DNA of 63,992 nt, filler included, from Dimargaris cristalligena (Eukaryota), in NCBI GenBank assembly GCA_003614675.1. It is 10 parts of 10 records of this genome, joined end to end, with 100 filler letters (N's around TTAATTAATTAA, not from the genome) between each part and the next. Parts side by side here need not be neighbours in the genome. Positions count along the whole stretch, not along the records: positions 6,519 to 12,923 come from ML003521.1; positions 13,024 to 19,417 come from ML003522.1; positions 19,518 to 25,904 come from ML003523.1; 7 more parts are not named here. One strand, given 5' to 3'. Positions within the stretch are counted from its first letter, which is position 1; the number at the start of each line of letters is the position of its first letter. Positions 12,725 through 24,603 of this stretch are shown here, piece by piece. Both the position numbers and the translations under genes were made by a program. Below the pieces are notes generated by a model that saw nothing but the letters and a program-made list of their open reading frames with translations, had not been told where the DNA came from and ran no database searches.

Positions 12725-12860
12725 CAGGTTAATCTATACTGAAGGTTTTCTCATGACATTTTGCCCAGAGGAGCTAAAGTGCCCATTATGGTTCTAGAGT
12801 AGTAAAAGGGTATCAATAGCTAGTCATACTAAAATACCTAAGCAGGGGGGTGATATTATT

Positions 12861-12923
12861 GGTATCTGTAAAGAACTGAAATCAAATCCTTGAAAACTGA
12901 ACTTTATTTGAAAAGATAGATAA
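12861..12923 (+). repeat. Second dispersed repeat, cut by contig end
   Basis: tgtaaagaact...aaaactgaactttatttgaaaagatag recurs as a reverse complement at ~51990-52045. Confidence 0.65.
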
Positions 12924-13023
12924 NNNNNNNNNNNNNNNNNNNNNNNNNNNNNNNNNNNNNNNNNNNNTTAATTAATTAANNNNNNNNNNNNNNNNNNNNN
13001 NNNNNNNNNNNNNNNNNNNNNNN
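12924..13023. other. Artificial contig spacer
   Basis: N44-TTAATTAATTAA-N44. Confidence 0.99.
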
Positions 13024-14481
13024 CCAAGAGGCGGTCTCCTTGTCGGAACGGACTTCCGGTACCATTCAGCCGGGCCCTCGCCTGGTGGTGATCGGGGCCA
13101 CTAACAGACCCAATGCGCTCGACGACGCCCTGCGGCGCCCTGGTCGGTTCGATCGCGAGCTAGAAATCGGCATCCCCGACCGGCTGGCCCGCCTTTCCAT
13201 TCTCCAAACCCTTCTGCGGAACATTCCCCATGCGCTCACTGAGGCCGATTTGGATGCCGTAGCGAGCCGGGCCCACGGCTTCGTTGGGGCAGACTTGGCC
13301 GCGGTGTGTCAGGAGGCCGGACTCACTGCGATCCAACGGCATGTCACCGCTACCTCTACTATCCCAGCGGACCGGGTCCTACCCCTCCAACTGACGGCTG
13401 ACGATTTAGCGGGGGCTATGAAACGTATTTCACCTAGTGCAATGCGGGAAATGGTCGTGGAGGTACCCAAAGTGCGCTGGTCGGACATTGGCGGCCAAGC
13501 CGAGGTTAAACAGAAACTCCGGGAATCCGTGGAATGGCCCTTACAACACCCCGAGGCTTTTCGGCGGATGGGGATCAGTCCGCCCAAGGGGGTGCTGCTC
13601 TACGGCCCCCCCGGGTGTAGTAAAACCCTCATGGCCAAGGCGTTGGCTACCGAAGCGGGTCTCAATTTTATCGCGATTAAAGGGCCCGAACTGTTTAATA
13701 AGTGGGTGGGGGAGTCCGAAAAGGCCGTCCGCGAAGTGTTCCGAAAGGCCCGACAAGCGTCACCGTCGATTATCTTTTTCGACGAAATTGACGCCTTGAC
13801 GGTGAAACGGAGTGGCGGGGATGGCGGTGGTGGCGGTGGTGGTGGAACGTCGTCGGTTGCTGACCGAGTGCTCTCCCAACTATTGAATGAATTGGACGGT
13901 ATCGAACCACTGGTCAATGTGACAGTAGTCGCTGCTACCAATCGCCCTGATATTATTGTAAGTGAATTCACCTCTCGGCCACCATTCTATACACCTATCT
14001 TTTACTAGGACTGCACCATATATATATATATATATATTTGGGTGTAACTGTAATCACTTCGCGTCCCCTCTCATTTGATTGACTCTTTCCACTTACCTTG
14101 ATAATTTATCATCTTTCTCCACGATTTTTGTAGGACGACGCCCTACTTCGGCCAGGTCGTATCGACCGGGTTTTGTATATTGGTCCACCGGACGAACTGG
14201 CCCGCCGGGACATCTTCCAAATTCAATTATCCAAGATGGCAGTGGATTCGTTGGTGAATGTCGATCAGCTTGCTCAGCTCACTTTTGGGTTTTCAGGCGC
14301 TGAAATTGTAGCCCTTTGCCAGGAGGCCGCCTTCCGAGCCTTGGAAGAGGACTTGCATATTCAGGCAGTATCCCAGCGCCATTTTGAAGAGAGTTACCGG
14401 GGATTCCATCGCCGTATTACGCCTGAAATGTTGGCCTTTTACGATAACTACCGGTCCCAGCGGGCGCTCCGCTCCTTGTAA
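13024..14481 (+). CDS. AFG2: AAA+ ATPase AFG2/DRG1/SPATA5, 5'-truncated (intron 13958-14133)
   Basis: End of D1 ([21 protein letters not shown]), then D2 Walker A GPPGCSKT and Walker B IIFFDEID. After splicing it reads [20 protein letters not shown]. The GCSKT Walker A variant is typical of the AFG2 subfamily. Confidence 0.9.
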
Positions 14482-16151
14482 CGAGTTGAAGACGGGCGTT
14501 TCTAGAGAAGTTGAGGCTAATTGATTCTAAAGTACCACAAAGGTTCGCAATAAAAATGAGCTAAAATATTGTAATTGAAAAGGAAGCTATTGAAAGGAGG
14601 GACATACCGAGATATAGACCAATTTTTAAACTGCTAGCTGTACTATGGTATATGTGGATGGATAAATAATGGCTTTGCCTTCTGAGTAAGAGCAGGTTGG
14701 TGTAACACAAAAGTTAAGATCCGATTATATAGCCACAGTCACGTCATAATAGTTGCTGGGTGGTTTTTTGGATCCGGCCCCTGCAATCCAGCTGGGCCGT
14801 CGTAGGCCTTGCTTTAGACTAGTGCCATGCCATAGTATTGAACAACTGCTATTATTATGGTTAATAGTATGATGCAGCTGGACACTACACTATGAACCAC
14901 CGCCACCTTCGATTGGTATCGACTTAGTCCCCATTGCCAGTGACCTCTGGATTGTAATTCCGAGCTTTAGCCCGACCGGGTTATCGTAAATGAGCCTTGA
15001 AATGCTTGCTAGTGGTCTATTCCATAGCCTTGTCACAGGCAAGCCACTAGACTTGATAGCCATCTAGCCGTGACGGCAACCCAAGGTTTAATTAAAGCGG
15101 GGTAGCTGCGACCCATTTATGGCAACCCTTTGGGACTAGAGCAATTACATCATTTATCCACTTGCTATTTTGGCACGTGCCTCTTTTTCCCTGGGACCTC
15201 AAAGTTGATTATTAACTGGTGCCTATCGAGCCTACCTTGTTAGGTGATTTGTCACAGGATAGACACAGTGAACGTTGGCTAGCGGCCTCGCTCTAACTTG
15301 ACTTGGTATTGGTTTTTTACTTGGGAGGACATCATTTTATTGACTGTCAGCAGCAAATACCACTTTACTGCTGCCCCCTTCCATTCACTCCCTGAGCAGG
15401 CATTGTTTGGCGTCCCTAAATATCCGGCCTTGCTATAGTAACTGATTTGCCAAATATATATGAGGCCTAGAATCGGAGCTGTACGGTGCGATACGGCTTC
15501 CGGTGATTGGCCCTAGGATGCGCCCGAGGCGGTGAATCAGAGCCTTGGAATGAGAAAAATCAGTACCGAATTCGATGAAAGGAAGGGGCCTTTATCCGAT
15601 TTTCCCCACTGGGATGACGATGAGGTTATGCATGCATATAGTTAGTTGGAGGCCATCTTATCGCAGCCTGGATCATTGTAAAGGAAGGCAGTTCTTCGCT
15701 GTTATAGCCTTTACCTCTCTCTCTCTCTCTCTCTCTCTTCTTCTTCTCTTCCTGTTTATTCGGGTTCTTATAGTCTCGGTTCTACCGGCTTACCTGTCCT
15801 TCCCGTACTTTCGACTCTCCTGCTCTTTTGGATTAGTGGTTTCAGTGTCCGAAACAGCCTGCCTCGACTCCCCCTGTCCCCCCCCATTCTGCCTCGTTTC
15901 AGTCCACTTAGCCTTCTCCCCCTACTTTGAGGCCCCGCACCAGCTGCGTTACCTATACTCACTGTCTGTACTTGCCTGGGTCCCCTCCTACTGTACTCCG
16001 CTGCCCGTTTCGCCCTTCAACCCATAGGTCCCTCTTTTAACTCAAATCCCCAGATTCCTTTTAGTTCTTGCTCGCTTCAACCTGTCTTCACCGTCTCTAT
16101 TGGTTCAATACCACCACCTTTAGTCTCCAGTTTAATTTCACCTCAATAAGC

Positions 16152-19100
16152 ATGCCCGAGGTCACTAACAGTCGTGTGTTGGTCGTTGCACTATTTGCTC
16201 CCTACACCGTGGACCTGGTTCCGTCCACTTCCGACCCCGCTAGTGCTACCGCCGCCGCTTTGGCCCACCCGGTAGTTCGCCACCAACGGAGCTCTAGCCT
16301 TCGCCGGGCTTCCATTCGCCCCCGGGAACGCCTGCCCGTGCTCAGTGCCGAAGCCCAACTCAAACCCACCCGGCCCTTCAACCTGCGTGAGAATGGAGTC
16401 AACCGCATCGGCGACCTGGCGGGAGGAGCGCACAGCCACCGTCCTACCCAGCGTAACAGCCCCCCTCTCCCACCACGGGCCGAGCCACCGGGTTCCATTC
16501 TCACCCGGACGCAAAGCAATGGTCCCGACGGTATCACCTCCGCCAGCCAAGTGGGGGTTCCCATAAACGGTCCTGCGGGGGACTTGGACACCACCGCCGC
16601 TCTTTTTGGCAATAATGCTGCCTTTGGTCCCGATATGAGCATCCCTCCGCTGGAACTAGAGAAACCCCTAGACCCCACCTCCCTCTGCTTTACCAAACCG
16701 CGCGCGCCCCGCGTGTCCTTTGCCCCCAATGAAAAACCCGATGGCTCAGCTCTCAATACCCCCCAGGCCCGGCCAGTTCAGGCCCCCGTGCTGGAAAAGT
16801 CCCACTCGTTTACCAAGGACCCCGCCCCGTTTGAAGTTGCCCCGCTGAATGTCGGTAATATTGGTCTATTCAATGCCATCAACGCCAGCCCACGCACGGC
16901 TACCAACCGCCTGTTTGTGGGCACTCTGGGCATCGAAACGGATGACTGGGACCGGGCCACCCGCCACGCTGTGTCCGACACCCTCTACCGCCGCTACGAC
17001 ACCTTCCCCGTCTACACCACTAGTAAGGAGATTGACGGCCACTACAATCAGTTCTGCAAGCAGGCCCTGTGGCCCATGTTTCACTATATGCTGCCGGAGT
17101 ACCCCACCTCGATGGGCTGGGAACACGATGCGTGGGAGGCTTGCCTGGCTGTGCACCGCCGCTTTGCCGAGGCCATCGTAGAGGTGTACCAAGAGAACGA
17201 TATTATTTGGGTCAACGACTACCACCTGATTCTTTTACCCGCCATGCTCCGCCAGCGACTGCCCAATGCCAAAATTGGGTTCTTCCTCCACGTTCCCTTC
17301 CCCAGCTCGGAAATATTCCGTTGCCTACACGTACGTAAGGAAATCCTGCGCGGTCTAGTCCGTGCTGACCTCATTGGGTTCCAGACTTTCTCATTCGCCC
17401 GTCATTTTACCCACACCTGCTCCCGCATCCTGTCCTACGAGACCTCACCCAAGGGAATCCACCTGCCGAACTCGGATGTGGCAGTGGGTATCTACCCCAT
17501 CGGTATTGATCCCGAAGTCCTCAAGGCCAAGAAAAACCAACCCCAGGTCCAGGAAATGGCCCAGTTTCTACGTGAGAAATACGCCGGCAAGAAAGTCATC
17601 ATTGGACGTGATAAGCTCGACCACGTCAAGGGGGTTCGCCAGAAGCTGCTCGCCTTTGAGAACTTTTTGGTTCGCTATCCCGAATGGCGCGGCCGGGTGG
17701 TGCTTATCCAAATTGCTCTCTCCACGGCGGAGCACAACGAGATTCAGAGCCACGTCTCCGATGTGGTTGCTCGTATCAATTCCCGATTCGGGAGTATCTC
17801 GTACCAGCCGGTTGTGTTTTTGCACCAGGATATCCCATTCGACCAGTACCTGGCCCTGCTCACTTTTGCCGACGTATTTATCAACACCAGTCTGCGCGAT
17901 GGCATGAACTTAACCTCCCACGAGTACATTATCTGCCAAGAGCAGACCCACAACCCACTCATCATCAGCGAGTTTGCCGGAACTTATGGTCTACTCGGGG
18001 TGGCGGCTATCCGGGTAAACCCCTGGGATGTGACCGAAACTGCGGAGGCTATGCTGGAGGCTCTGACCATGGGCCAGGAGGAGCGGTCGGTGCGTTGGTC
18101 GGAATTGTACCGCCATGTAACCACCACCACCTCCCGCTCCTGGGTGGACGGCTTCCTCACCGATGTGGAGAAGGCCCATGGAGACATTTATACTCGCTAC
18201 GACAAGGCCCTGCCCCGCCTCGATGAATCAACCATATACCAACAGTTACTTCCCACCTACCTTTCCGCCACCCACCGCCTGTTTCTACTCAATTATGACG
18301 GCGTCCTGGTACCCTACCAGGCTACTCCGAACGCTACCGTTCTGGTCACCCCAGCTCTGCGGGACTGTCTGTGTCGCTTAACCGCGGATCCCCGTAACCT
18401 GGTCTATATTCTGAGTGGCCGAACCAAGGCTTCACTAGAGACTCAACTGGCGGGAATCCCGCACCTGGGCCTCATGGCCGAACACGGATGCTTTACCAAG
18501 CCACCCAGTTGGTCACTCGCTTCTGATTCCGATACCGGCGCGGCCGAATCCGTCGAAAATTCCAGTGCGGGCTGGGAAGACTACGTCCAGTCGAGCGACC
18601 TGACCTGGCACGAACCTGTAATGGAAATTCTCGAATATTATCTGGAGCGGACCCCGGGTTCCTGGATCGAAAAGAAGGACGTGGCCGTCGTATGGCACTA
18701 TTACAACTGCGAGAACCCTTCCTACGGAGCCTGGCAGGCCGGTGAATGCCAGAATCACATCGAGGACTCTTTGGCCCCCACCTACCCCATCCACGTCATT
18801 CGAGGCAGCAAATGCATCGAGGTGACTCTGAAGGGTATGACAGCCGCCACCGCTGTGCAAAGAATTCTCGACCACCCCCGGTGGAATAATACCACGGGCA
18901 CGACGTCGATGACTCCGACGAGTGAATCCCCTGCGACCCCCACCACCGGATCGTCCACGGTAGCCGCGGATTTCTGCCTGGCGCTGGGTAACGACCGGCC
19001 GGATGAGGATATGTTCAAGGTTTTGGCAGGAGGTCCCCGCCCGTCCCTCACCCATCACCACCACTCGTCTTCGTCTTCCTCGTCCGTCAGTGCACTCATG

Positions 19101-19289
19101 AGCCCCACCGCCACCGCCCCTTCAGGTATTACGACCAGCGAAGTTCCGGAAGTGCCGACCAAATCCCACCTTTTCACCTGTTCCGTTGGGGCACCGTTTG
19201 TCAAGGCCCAGTACTTTATTCCCAATACCACCCAAGTATTGGAATGCCTCGAGGCTATAGCCAAGACATCTGAGGAGCGATTGGCCTAA
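16152..19289 (+). CDS. Trehalose-6-phosphate synthase complex subunit (GT20 + HAD phosphatase-like domain); TPS2/TPS3/TSL1-like, probably regulatory
   Basis: GT20 motifs WVNDYHL, GFFLHVPFPSSE, RDGMNL and SEFAG. The C-terminal TPP domain reads LFLLNYDGVL, ILSGR, AEHG and LGNDRPDEDMF. Likely start is ATG 16152 (MPEVTNS). Confidence 0.9.
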   Translation: MPEVTNSRVLVVALFAPYTVDLVPSTSDPASATAAALAHPVVRHQRSSSLRRASIRPRERLPVLSAEAQLKPTRPFNLRENGVNRIGDLAGGAHSHRPTQRNSPPLPPRAEPPGSILTRTQSNGPDGITSASQVGVPINGPAGDLDTTAALFGNNAAFGPDMSIPPLELEKPLDPTSLCFTKPRAPRVSFAPNEKPDGSALNTPQARPVQAPVLEKSHSFTKDPAPFEVAPLNVGNIGLFNAINASPRTATNRLFVGTLGIETDDWDRATRHAVSDTLYRRYDTFPVYTTSKEIDGHYNQFCKQALWPMFHYMLPEYPTSMGWEHDAWEACLAVHRRFAEAIVEVYQENDIIWVNDYHLILLPAMLRQRLPNAKIGFFLHVPFPSSEIFRCLHVRKEILRGLVRADLIGFQTFSFARHFTHTCSRILSYETSPKGIHLPNSDVAVGIYPIGIDPEVLKAKKNQPQVQEMAQFLREKYAGKKVIIGRDKLDHVKGVRQKLLAFENFLVRYPEWRGRVVLIQIALSTAEHNEIQSHVSDVVARINSRFGSISYQPVVFLHQDIPFDQYLALLTFADVFINTSLRDGMNLTSHEYIICQEQTHNPLIISEFAGTYGLLGVAAIRVNPWDVTETAEAMLEALTMGQEERSVRWSELYRHVTTTTSRSWVDGFLTDVEKAHGDIYTRYDKALPRLDESTIYQQLLPTYLSATHRLFLLNYDGVLVPYQATPNATVLVTPALRDCLCRLTADPRNLVYILSGRTKASLETQLAGIPHLGLMAEHGCFTKPPSWSLASDSDTGAAESVENSSAGWEDYVQSSDLTWHEPVMEILEYYLERTPGSWIEKKDVAVVWHYYNCENPSYGAWQAGECQNHIEDSLAPTYPIHVIRGSKCIEVTLKGMTAATAVQRILDHPRWNNTTGTTSMTPTSESPATPTTGSSTVAADFCLALGNDRPDEDMFKVLAGGPRPSLTHHHHSSSSSSSVSALMSPTATAPSGITTSEVPEVPTKSHLFTCSVGAPFVKAQYFIPNTTQVLECLEAIAKTSEERLA

Positions 19290-19417
19290 ATTTACCTCCG
19301 TAAACGGTTTAATCATTCCCCACTGGCTTAGGGATTCGGTTCGAAAGGAATTACCACAGGGCCAGTCCATTTACTCTTTAAACCCCCCCCCCCCATATTT
19401 GAATAGACTTTGGTTAA

Positions 19418-19517
19418 NNNNNNNNNNNNNNNNNNNNNNNNNNNNNNNNNNNNNNNNNNNNTTAATTAATTAANNNNNNNNNNNNNNNNNNNNNNNNNNN
19501 NNNNNNNNNNNNNNNNN
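19418..19517. other. Artificial contig spacer
   Basis: N44-TTAATTAATTAA-N44. Confidence 0.99.
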
Positions 19518-19901
19518 GAATCGTTCACATTGAATTTATAACCAGAAGGCTTTACACACCTTTTACACAGCATTGTACCAGGTGAATCCCAGCGAATTTA
19601 GACAAATACCATTGTTTCGGTTCATGAAACTATTGATGGCTATAAATTATTTTATTTACTACATTCACGATTATACAACAGCTCTTCCCAGTCTATTGAC
19701 CCCATGGCCATATGACTCTACAATACTGGCACTTCACCTTGGAACTATTACTATGGTGATGTATTATTTTTGAACAAAATGCTACCGCCATAGGTTCCTG
19801 TATTCTTTGGATACTCGCCTATCTGGTCGTTTTATTATTCTACCTTTTGTATTCATGGCTTCAAGCACCAAATTTATAGTTTACAATTGCCTTAGGGCTA
19901 C

Positions 19902-20045
19902 ATATGGAAGAAGCTCATCCAAGCTATATAACGAAAAATCCATTAGATTCGGCCAATATTACTAGTTAAAAATAATTTTCCCATATATTCTCCCATACAC
20001 GTATAACGTAAACCCTTTTATAGCTGGGCTGAATTTCACTCATAT
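19902..20045 (+). mobile_element. Full-length ~145-bp MITE-like element
   Basis: Imperfect ~30-bp terminal inverted repeats: left ATATGGAAGAAGCTCATCCAAGCTATATAA, right (reverse complement) ATATGAGTGAAATTCAGCCCAGCTATAAAA. Five other copies occur in the window. Confidence 0.75.
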
Positions 20046-20246
20046 TGAGCCAGACCTAGTCGAATAAAACCCCGCATTACCTCTACATACCATTGGGGTG
20101 GTCAAATCTTAGCCCCAAATTACAAGGCGGGCTAATAGACTTTTATAAGGCATATTGTTTTTCGAGACCATGCATGGACGAGATACAGTGTGATTTGCAA
20201 ATGTCGGAGCGAGGAAGATAGAGAGAGAGAGAGAAAAGCACTATTT

Positions 20247-22285
20247 TTAACAAATATGCATTTCGGATGGATCCTGGTGAATGAACCGATAAATAGCTAA
20301 AGTCGGACTCAGAAACAATACACAAATACCGAACCCCAACAACAGCCACAGGGGCAGTTTGGCTCTAGTTAGTAGAGGGCCTGAGCCCAGTTTAAGATGA
20401 CAGGCCGCCGGAAGAATGAATGCCAGAGCGGTGGCCGAAACCCCACCGGTTAATTCAATAATAATCCCGAGGTCGCACACCGATAGGGCGACGAACAGGG
20501 TGGCCAAAACCATAGCGGTGGTGACTCCAACGTGGCGGGTCATGGAAAAGGGAACTTCGGCTAATTGGGGCATGTGGCCGGAGGAGGGAGGTGGTGGAGT
20601 TATATGTAGAGGCGTGGTTAACGGATTGGTCAGGGAATTGATGTCGTCGAGGTCGGGGTCGGGGTGGTTGGCCGAATTTGGATTTGGAATCGGATTCGGA
20701 CTTGGATCTGGGTCTAGGTCAGCCATATCGGTGAGCTGGACGTATCCCGTACTGTGGTTAGAGGCGGACTTGGGTTGGCTGTAAAGGCTCACATAGCCGT
20801 CGATGACTTCTCGGGCGACCAAAAGCTCCATGGGGAAAGTGGTGATCATGTTGAACCCGAAACAAAATCGGGCAATGTTGATGAGTAGGTTATTGTCGGG
20901 GAAGTTGTTGAGGATATTACCTGGGGGATTAGAGTAGGTTGGAAAAAGGAAGGATATCAAATAGATGATCAGTATGGCAATATTAGTTAATGGAAATGTG
21001 CCTACGTCGGTTTTAAGCGTCTTTATACTATTCTAAATAGTGTTTGAAAAGAATCAAGGGATGCTCGGGTGGGATTCAATCTACTTGGCGTCTAGGTATA
21101 AATGGGGTGGGGTTTGGTGAGATAATGGACCATTCTGAACACAATTTTTTTAATAAAAAAAATTGCCCTAGAACAACTACCCCTATATATCCGAATCATC
21201 CGAGGAAACCATGACCTACCTCGAGTTTTATCGGTGAAGTTCAAATAGCCCACCGAAGCCAGCACTAAGCAGACAGTGGCCGACAGAATCGTGCTCAAAC
21301 GAATGACCCGGGCGTACCGATCGAGGGTGGGAGTTTTCAGCGCACTATAAATCATAAAGCTATTATGATGGCAAACAAAAGCGAAGCCCATGACTCCGAT
21401 AGCCTGGAACACATCCGGTTTCATGAAGGCCCATTTACCGATATTATTACCGCGTAGTTCGGGGGCGGCTTTGGGGGCTTCGATGACTACGGCGACGACG
21501 ATGACCAGCATCGCCACCAGGGCCAGGGCACTCGTTTTGGCCAATTTGCCCATATCGCGGTACAACGACAGCGGAAAGGATATAAACAGAGTGATGAGGG
21601 TGATCATGGCCCGCCGTGAGGTGAGGAACGTTAGGACGGGGGAACTGAGAACCCCGGGAACTACTGACCGAATGACATGGGGGACTGTGTCCCCAATGAT
21701 GACATTAAAGGCGCACATGCCACCGAACGCAAACACGAATTGGAAGAAGGAAATGGCGTGAAACCCGATGCGACCGAAACAGAAGCACACCAACTCCTGG
21801 TAGGTGCTCCGCCCTGACAGTTTGGTGGCGTGGGCCAATAGGCGCAGGGTCCAGTCGGTGATATAGGCCAGGGTGAGTAATAGGATCATCCCCGTGAAAT
21901 AGCCGGCTTCTTTAAAAGCAAAGGGAAGGCCGATGATACCCGCACCGACAATGGCATTGGTCATGTTGAAGAAACTGCCCAGTACGCTGGACTCGGCAGT
22001 CTGGATGAGCTGGGGGTAGGCCGAAGCCTGGAAGTCGCTGCCCTGGTCGGGACCGTCGGCCTTGAGGGGATCGAACTGGTCGAATGGGGTGGGGTCGGTA
22101 AGGGCTATGGAATCGGCATCGAAGAGGGAATCGGGCGGGCCGTCCTCGTCGTATGAGGGGTGCCGAGTGTGGTGGGTTGGAGGCGTATCGGCGGCGTAAT
22201 GGATATTGGAGAACCGGGTAGATGTTGTCCGACTGGTGTGACCCGGGTGGTCGTCGATATTCAGAATAGTAGTATTGGTGGGCAT
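20247..22285 (-). CDS. AVT2: Amino-acid transporter, Aa_trans family (AVT2/SLC38A11-like); exons 22285-21220, 20920-20247
   Basis: Motifs FFNMTNAIVGAGIIGLPFA, IIGDTVPHV, FAFVCHHNSF and GNILNNFP, with many hydrophobic helices. A GTAGGT...CAG intron joins KTR-G-NILNNF. Confidence 0.88.
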
Positions 22286-24603
22286 GAGCACGGAGCGGGA
22301 CTTTGAAAAACAATACAAAAAATACGACCGCGGGCGAGTGTGCTTATGTATAGAGGTCGCGTAGTAGACGACGGGGTGGTAAAATCTGCACCTAACGAAG
22401 AGGGAGGAGGCACAGACCCGTAGCGGGAGAAAGAACAAGGTGTGTTAGAAGAGTGCTCCCTACAGGCGCTCAGAGTAGGTAAGAAGCGGCTGCCCTTGCT
22501 TCCGTTATATGGGAAGGTTAGAGGAATAGAAAGGTAAGGGGCTCGGTTTGAGTTGGTTTCATAAATGTCAAGAAGGACGCGGGGTTAGTCGGAGAGGAGA
22601 AGAGTAAGGTTTTTGGGGTTTGGGTTAGGGTTAGGGCTAGTAAGGTATTCAGTGGAAAGGTTTACGAGTACTAAAGAAACAGAGTGCCGTCTCATTCGGA
22701 ATGATGCCAGAGCCCAAACATAAGCGGATGGAAAGGAATGCAGTAGCAAATATTACTGGGCGAGTTTCCAAACCCAGCCGACGGAAGTGCGGCCGGTGGA
22801 TGTGACGTAATGATAAGGAAAGGCTGTGGAGTGTGCCTAGCTACTGGCGTATTCTTTTCTATAGAGCCGCGAATAAACACACTCATTGGACACGCTACAG
22901 TTTGGATGCACAGTAGAGCCTACTACAACATAGCTGCTGTACTGCAACCCACTGTTCCACTTATGGGTGGGCGGCAACCTCCAGCACGTTAGCCATATGC
23001 CCTGTTCTAGAACTAACCGGGATAGTAAGGATTCCCAAAGTAACGTCTTTATAACAAGCGTCAACGGATAGAAAAATCGAATAGCATGGCACCAGGGTTA
23101 GCCTGTCTCGGCTTATTACCATTGCAGATTATCCTAATTTGATGCTTACACACCTCTATTAGCATGACAGATGACTTACATCTGCCGGCACTATTTGTTG
23201 TGATGGGGATAGTGCACCGATGAGTTTACGAAACCAAAGAGGTTGATCATTTGGTTTAAGGCAATTCCTTTACTTTAAGTAATTGCTAGGTTAGCAGAAT
23301 GGTTTTCAAAAATCGGCCATGCGCAAACATCTGGATAGGGCCCACAGTTCCAGGGATGGGCGCCATCCTAAAACTTAATTTCAAAGGGGGGAAGACCTGG
23401 GCGGCTTTCAGGGACTTGATGCAGTCAAATGCAATGTGGTAAGATTCCTAATTAATTGTAATTCATATGTCAGTTAAGGAGGGGAACGCAGTGGCACTTT
23501 CACACTACATATAGGCCCAGGACAATGGGCTGCGTTAGACCTATTTTAAAGTTGGACTTGTTACCCCAATGACTCTAACGGTAATACAAATTACTGGAAT
23601 CTGCCCCCAGCTCACTACAAATGCCCGTAATTTGATGGTTGTAATATTACAGTCAGCTATACCTTAGAGGTATAAAACGCATTTATTACTATCAGTAATG
23701 AACCTAAATTCCCGGAATAGTCGATTGGGTACAGAGATGTCATATAGAGCCACTTGGAATATGTTTCGAGTAAACCATATTGATGAGATTAGATAGTCTA
23801 ATTGGTACTTGTTCGCTACTATTAAAATTGGCTACTTCCCCACCTGGGAAGGATTAGAACATACGCCCAAGGTCCCTTGCTTATGCCTCAATGTGAGGAC
23901 TATTTAACCAAGATAGGACTGTAACAGACTGGTAATACTTACATCGTTAGCCGGGGTTATTCAATAACAGAATGCCAACGGGCTCTGTTTAGGATGCTTT
24001 TCAATTAGGTTCTATGTCTTTTAGATACACCGTATATTAAAGGGTCGCTGACGTATCGTTGTTGATCAGCGGTCCCTTTTATATGACTATCGAGCTGCCT
24101 TGGCCATATCGCTTTGGTTCGAATGCAGCCATCCGTTCATCTAATTAGTGGTGATTGGGATTCCCAGTCTCCTGCATGTCGAGACCTATCACGTGACTTA
24201 CTATGACTGGGCTGCTTTCCACTATACCAGGCACTAATGGCCCACGGTCAAGGCCACTTATTATTAGCCGCCCGTGAGATGTGGTGAACGGCAAAAGGCT
24301 CAGAGCACTGCTGCATCATACTCGGATTTTTCTTTGAATTCTAGCGAGAAAAAAAACCAATCTCTGCCACCATTTTTATCAGTCTTTATTTTTTTTATAT
24401 GACTTTACCCGCTGTTTGTCATTGAGAATAGCCCAGCTAGTTAGCTATACGACTGGAGAAAGATTCCTTGCCCCGCTCCTCCATTCTTCACCTCTGCTAA
24501 AACCACCCCTCAGTCGTTGACTCCACTACATTTTCCCCTCGCATTGCCTCTACTTCTCCCATACAATATATATATATATATATATTAAATATACATTCCG
24601 ACA

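Noticed and set aside
15575-16027. 150-aa hydrophobic ORF upstream of TPS
   Set aside because: Translation of a (CT)n, pyrimidine-rich promoter or UTR.
16068-16151. ORF-track N-terminal extensions of TPS (likewise 22438, 35453, 59321)
   Set aside because: Several begin at non-ATG codons and all translate pyrimidine-rich 5' UTR; the downstream ATGs fit better.
16191-19370. Many overlapping antisense and alternate-frame ORFs in TPS (also in AFG2, NRPS and DGAT1)
   Set aside because: Shadow ORFs of GC-rich coding sequence with no motifs of their own.
22615-22640. Telomere-like TTAGGG repeats
   Set aside because: Only two perfect units, internal to a promoter region.
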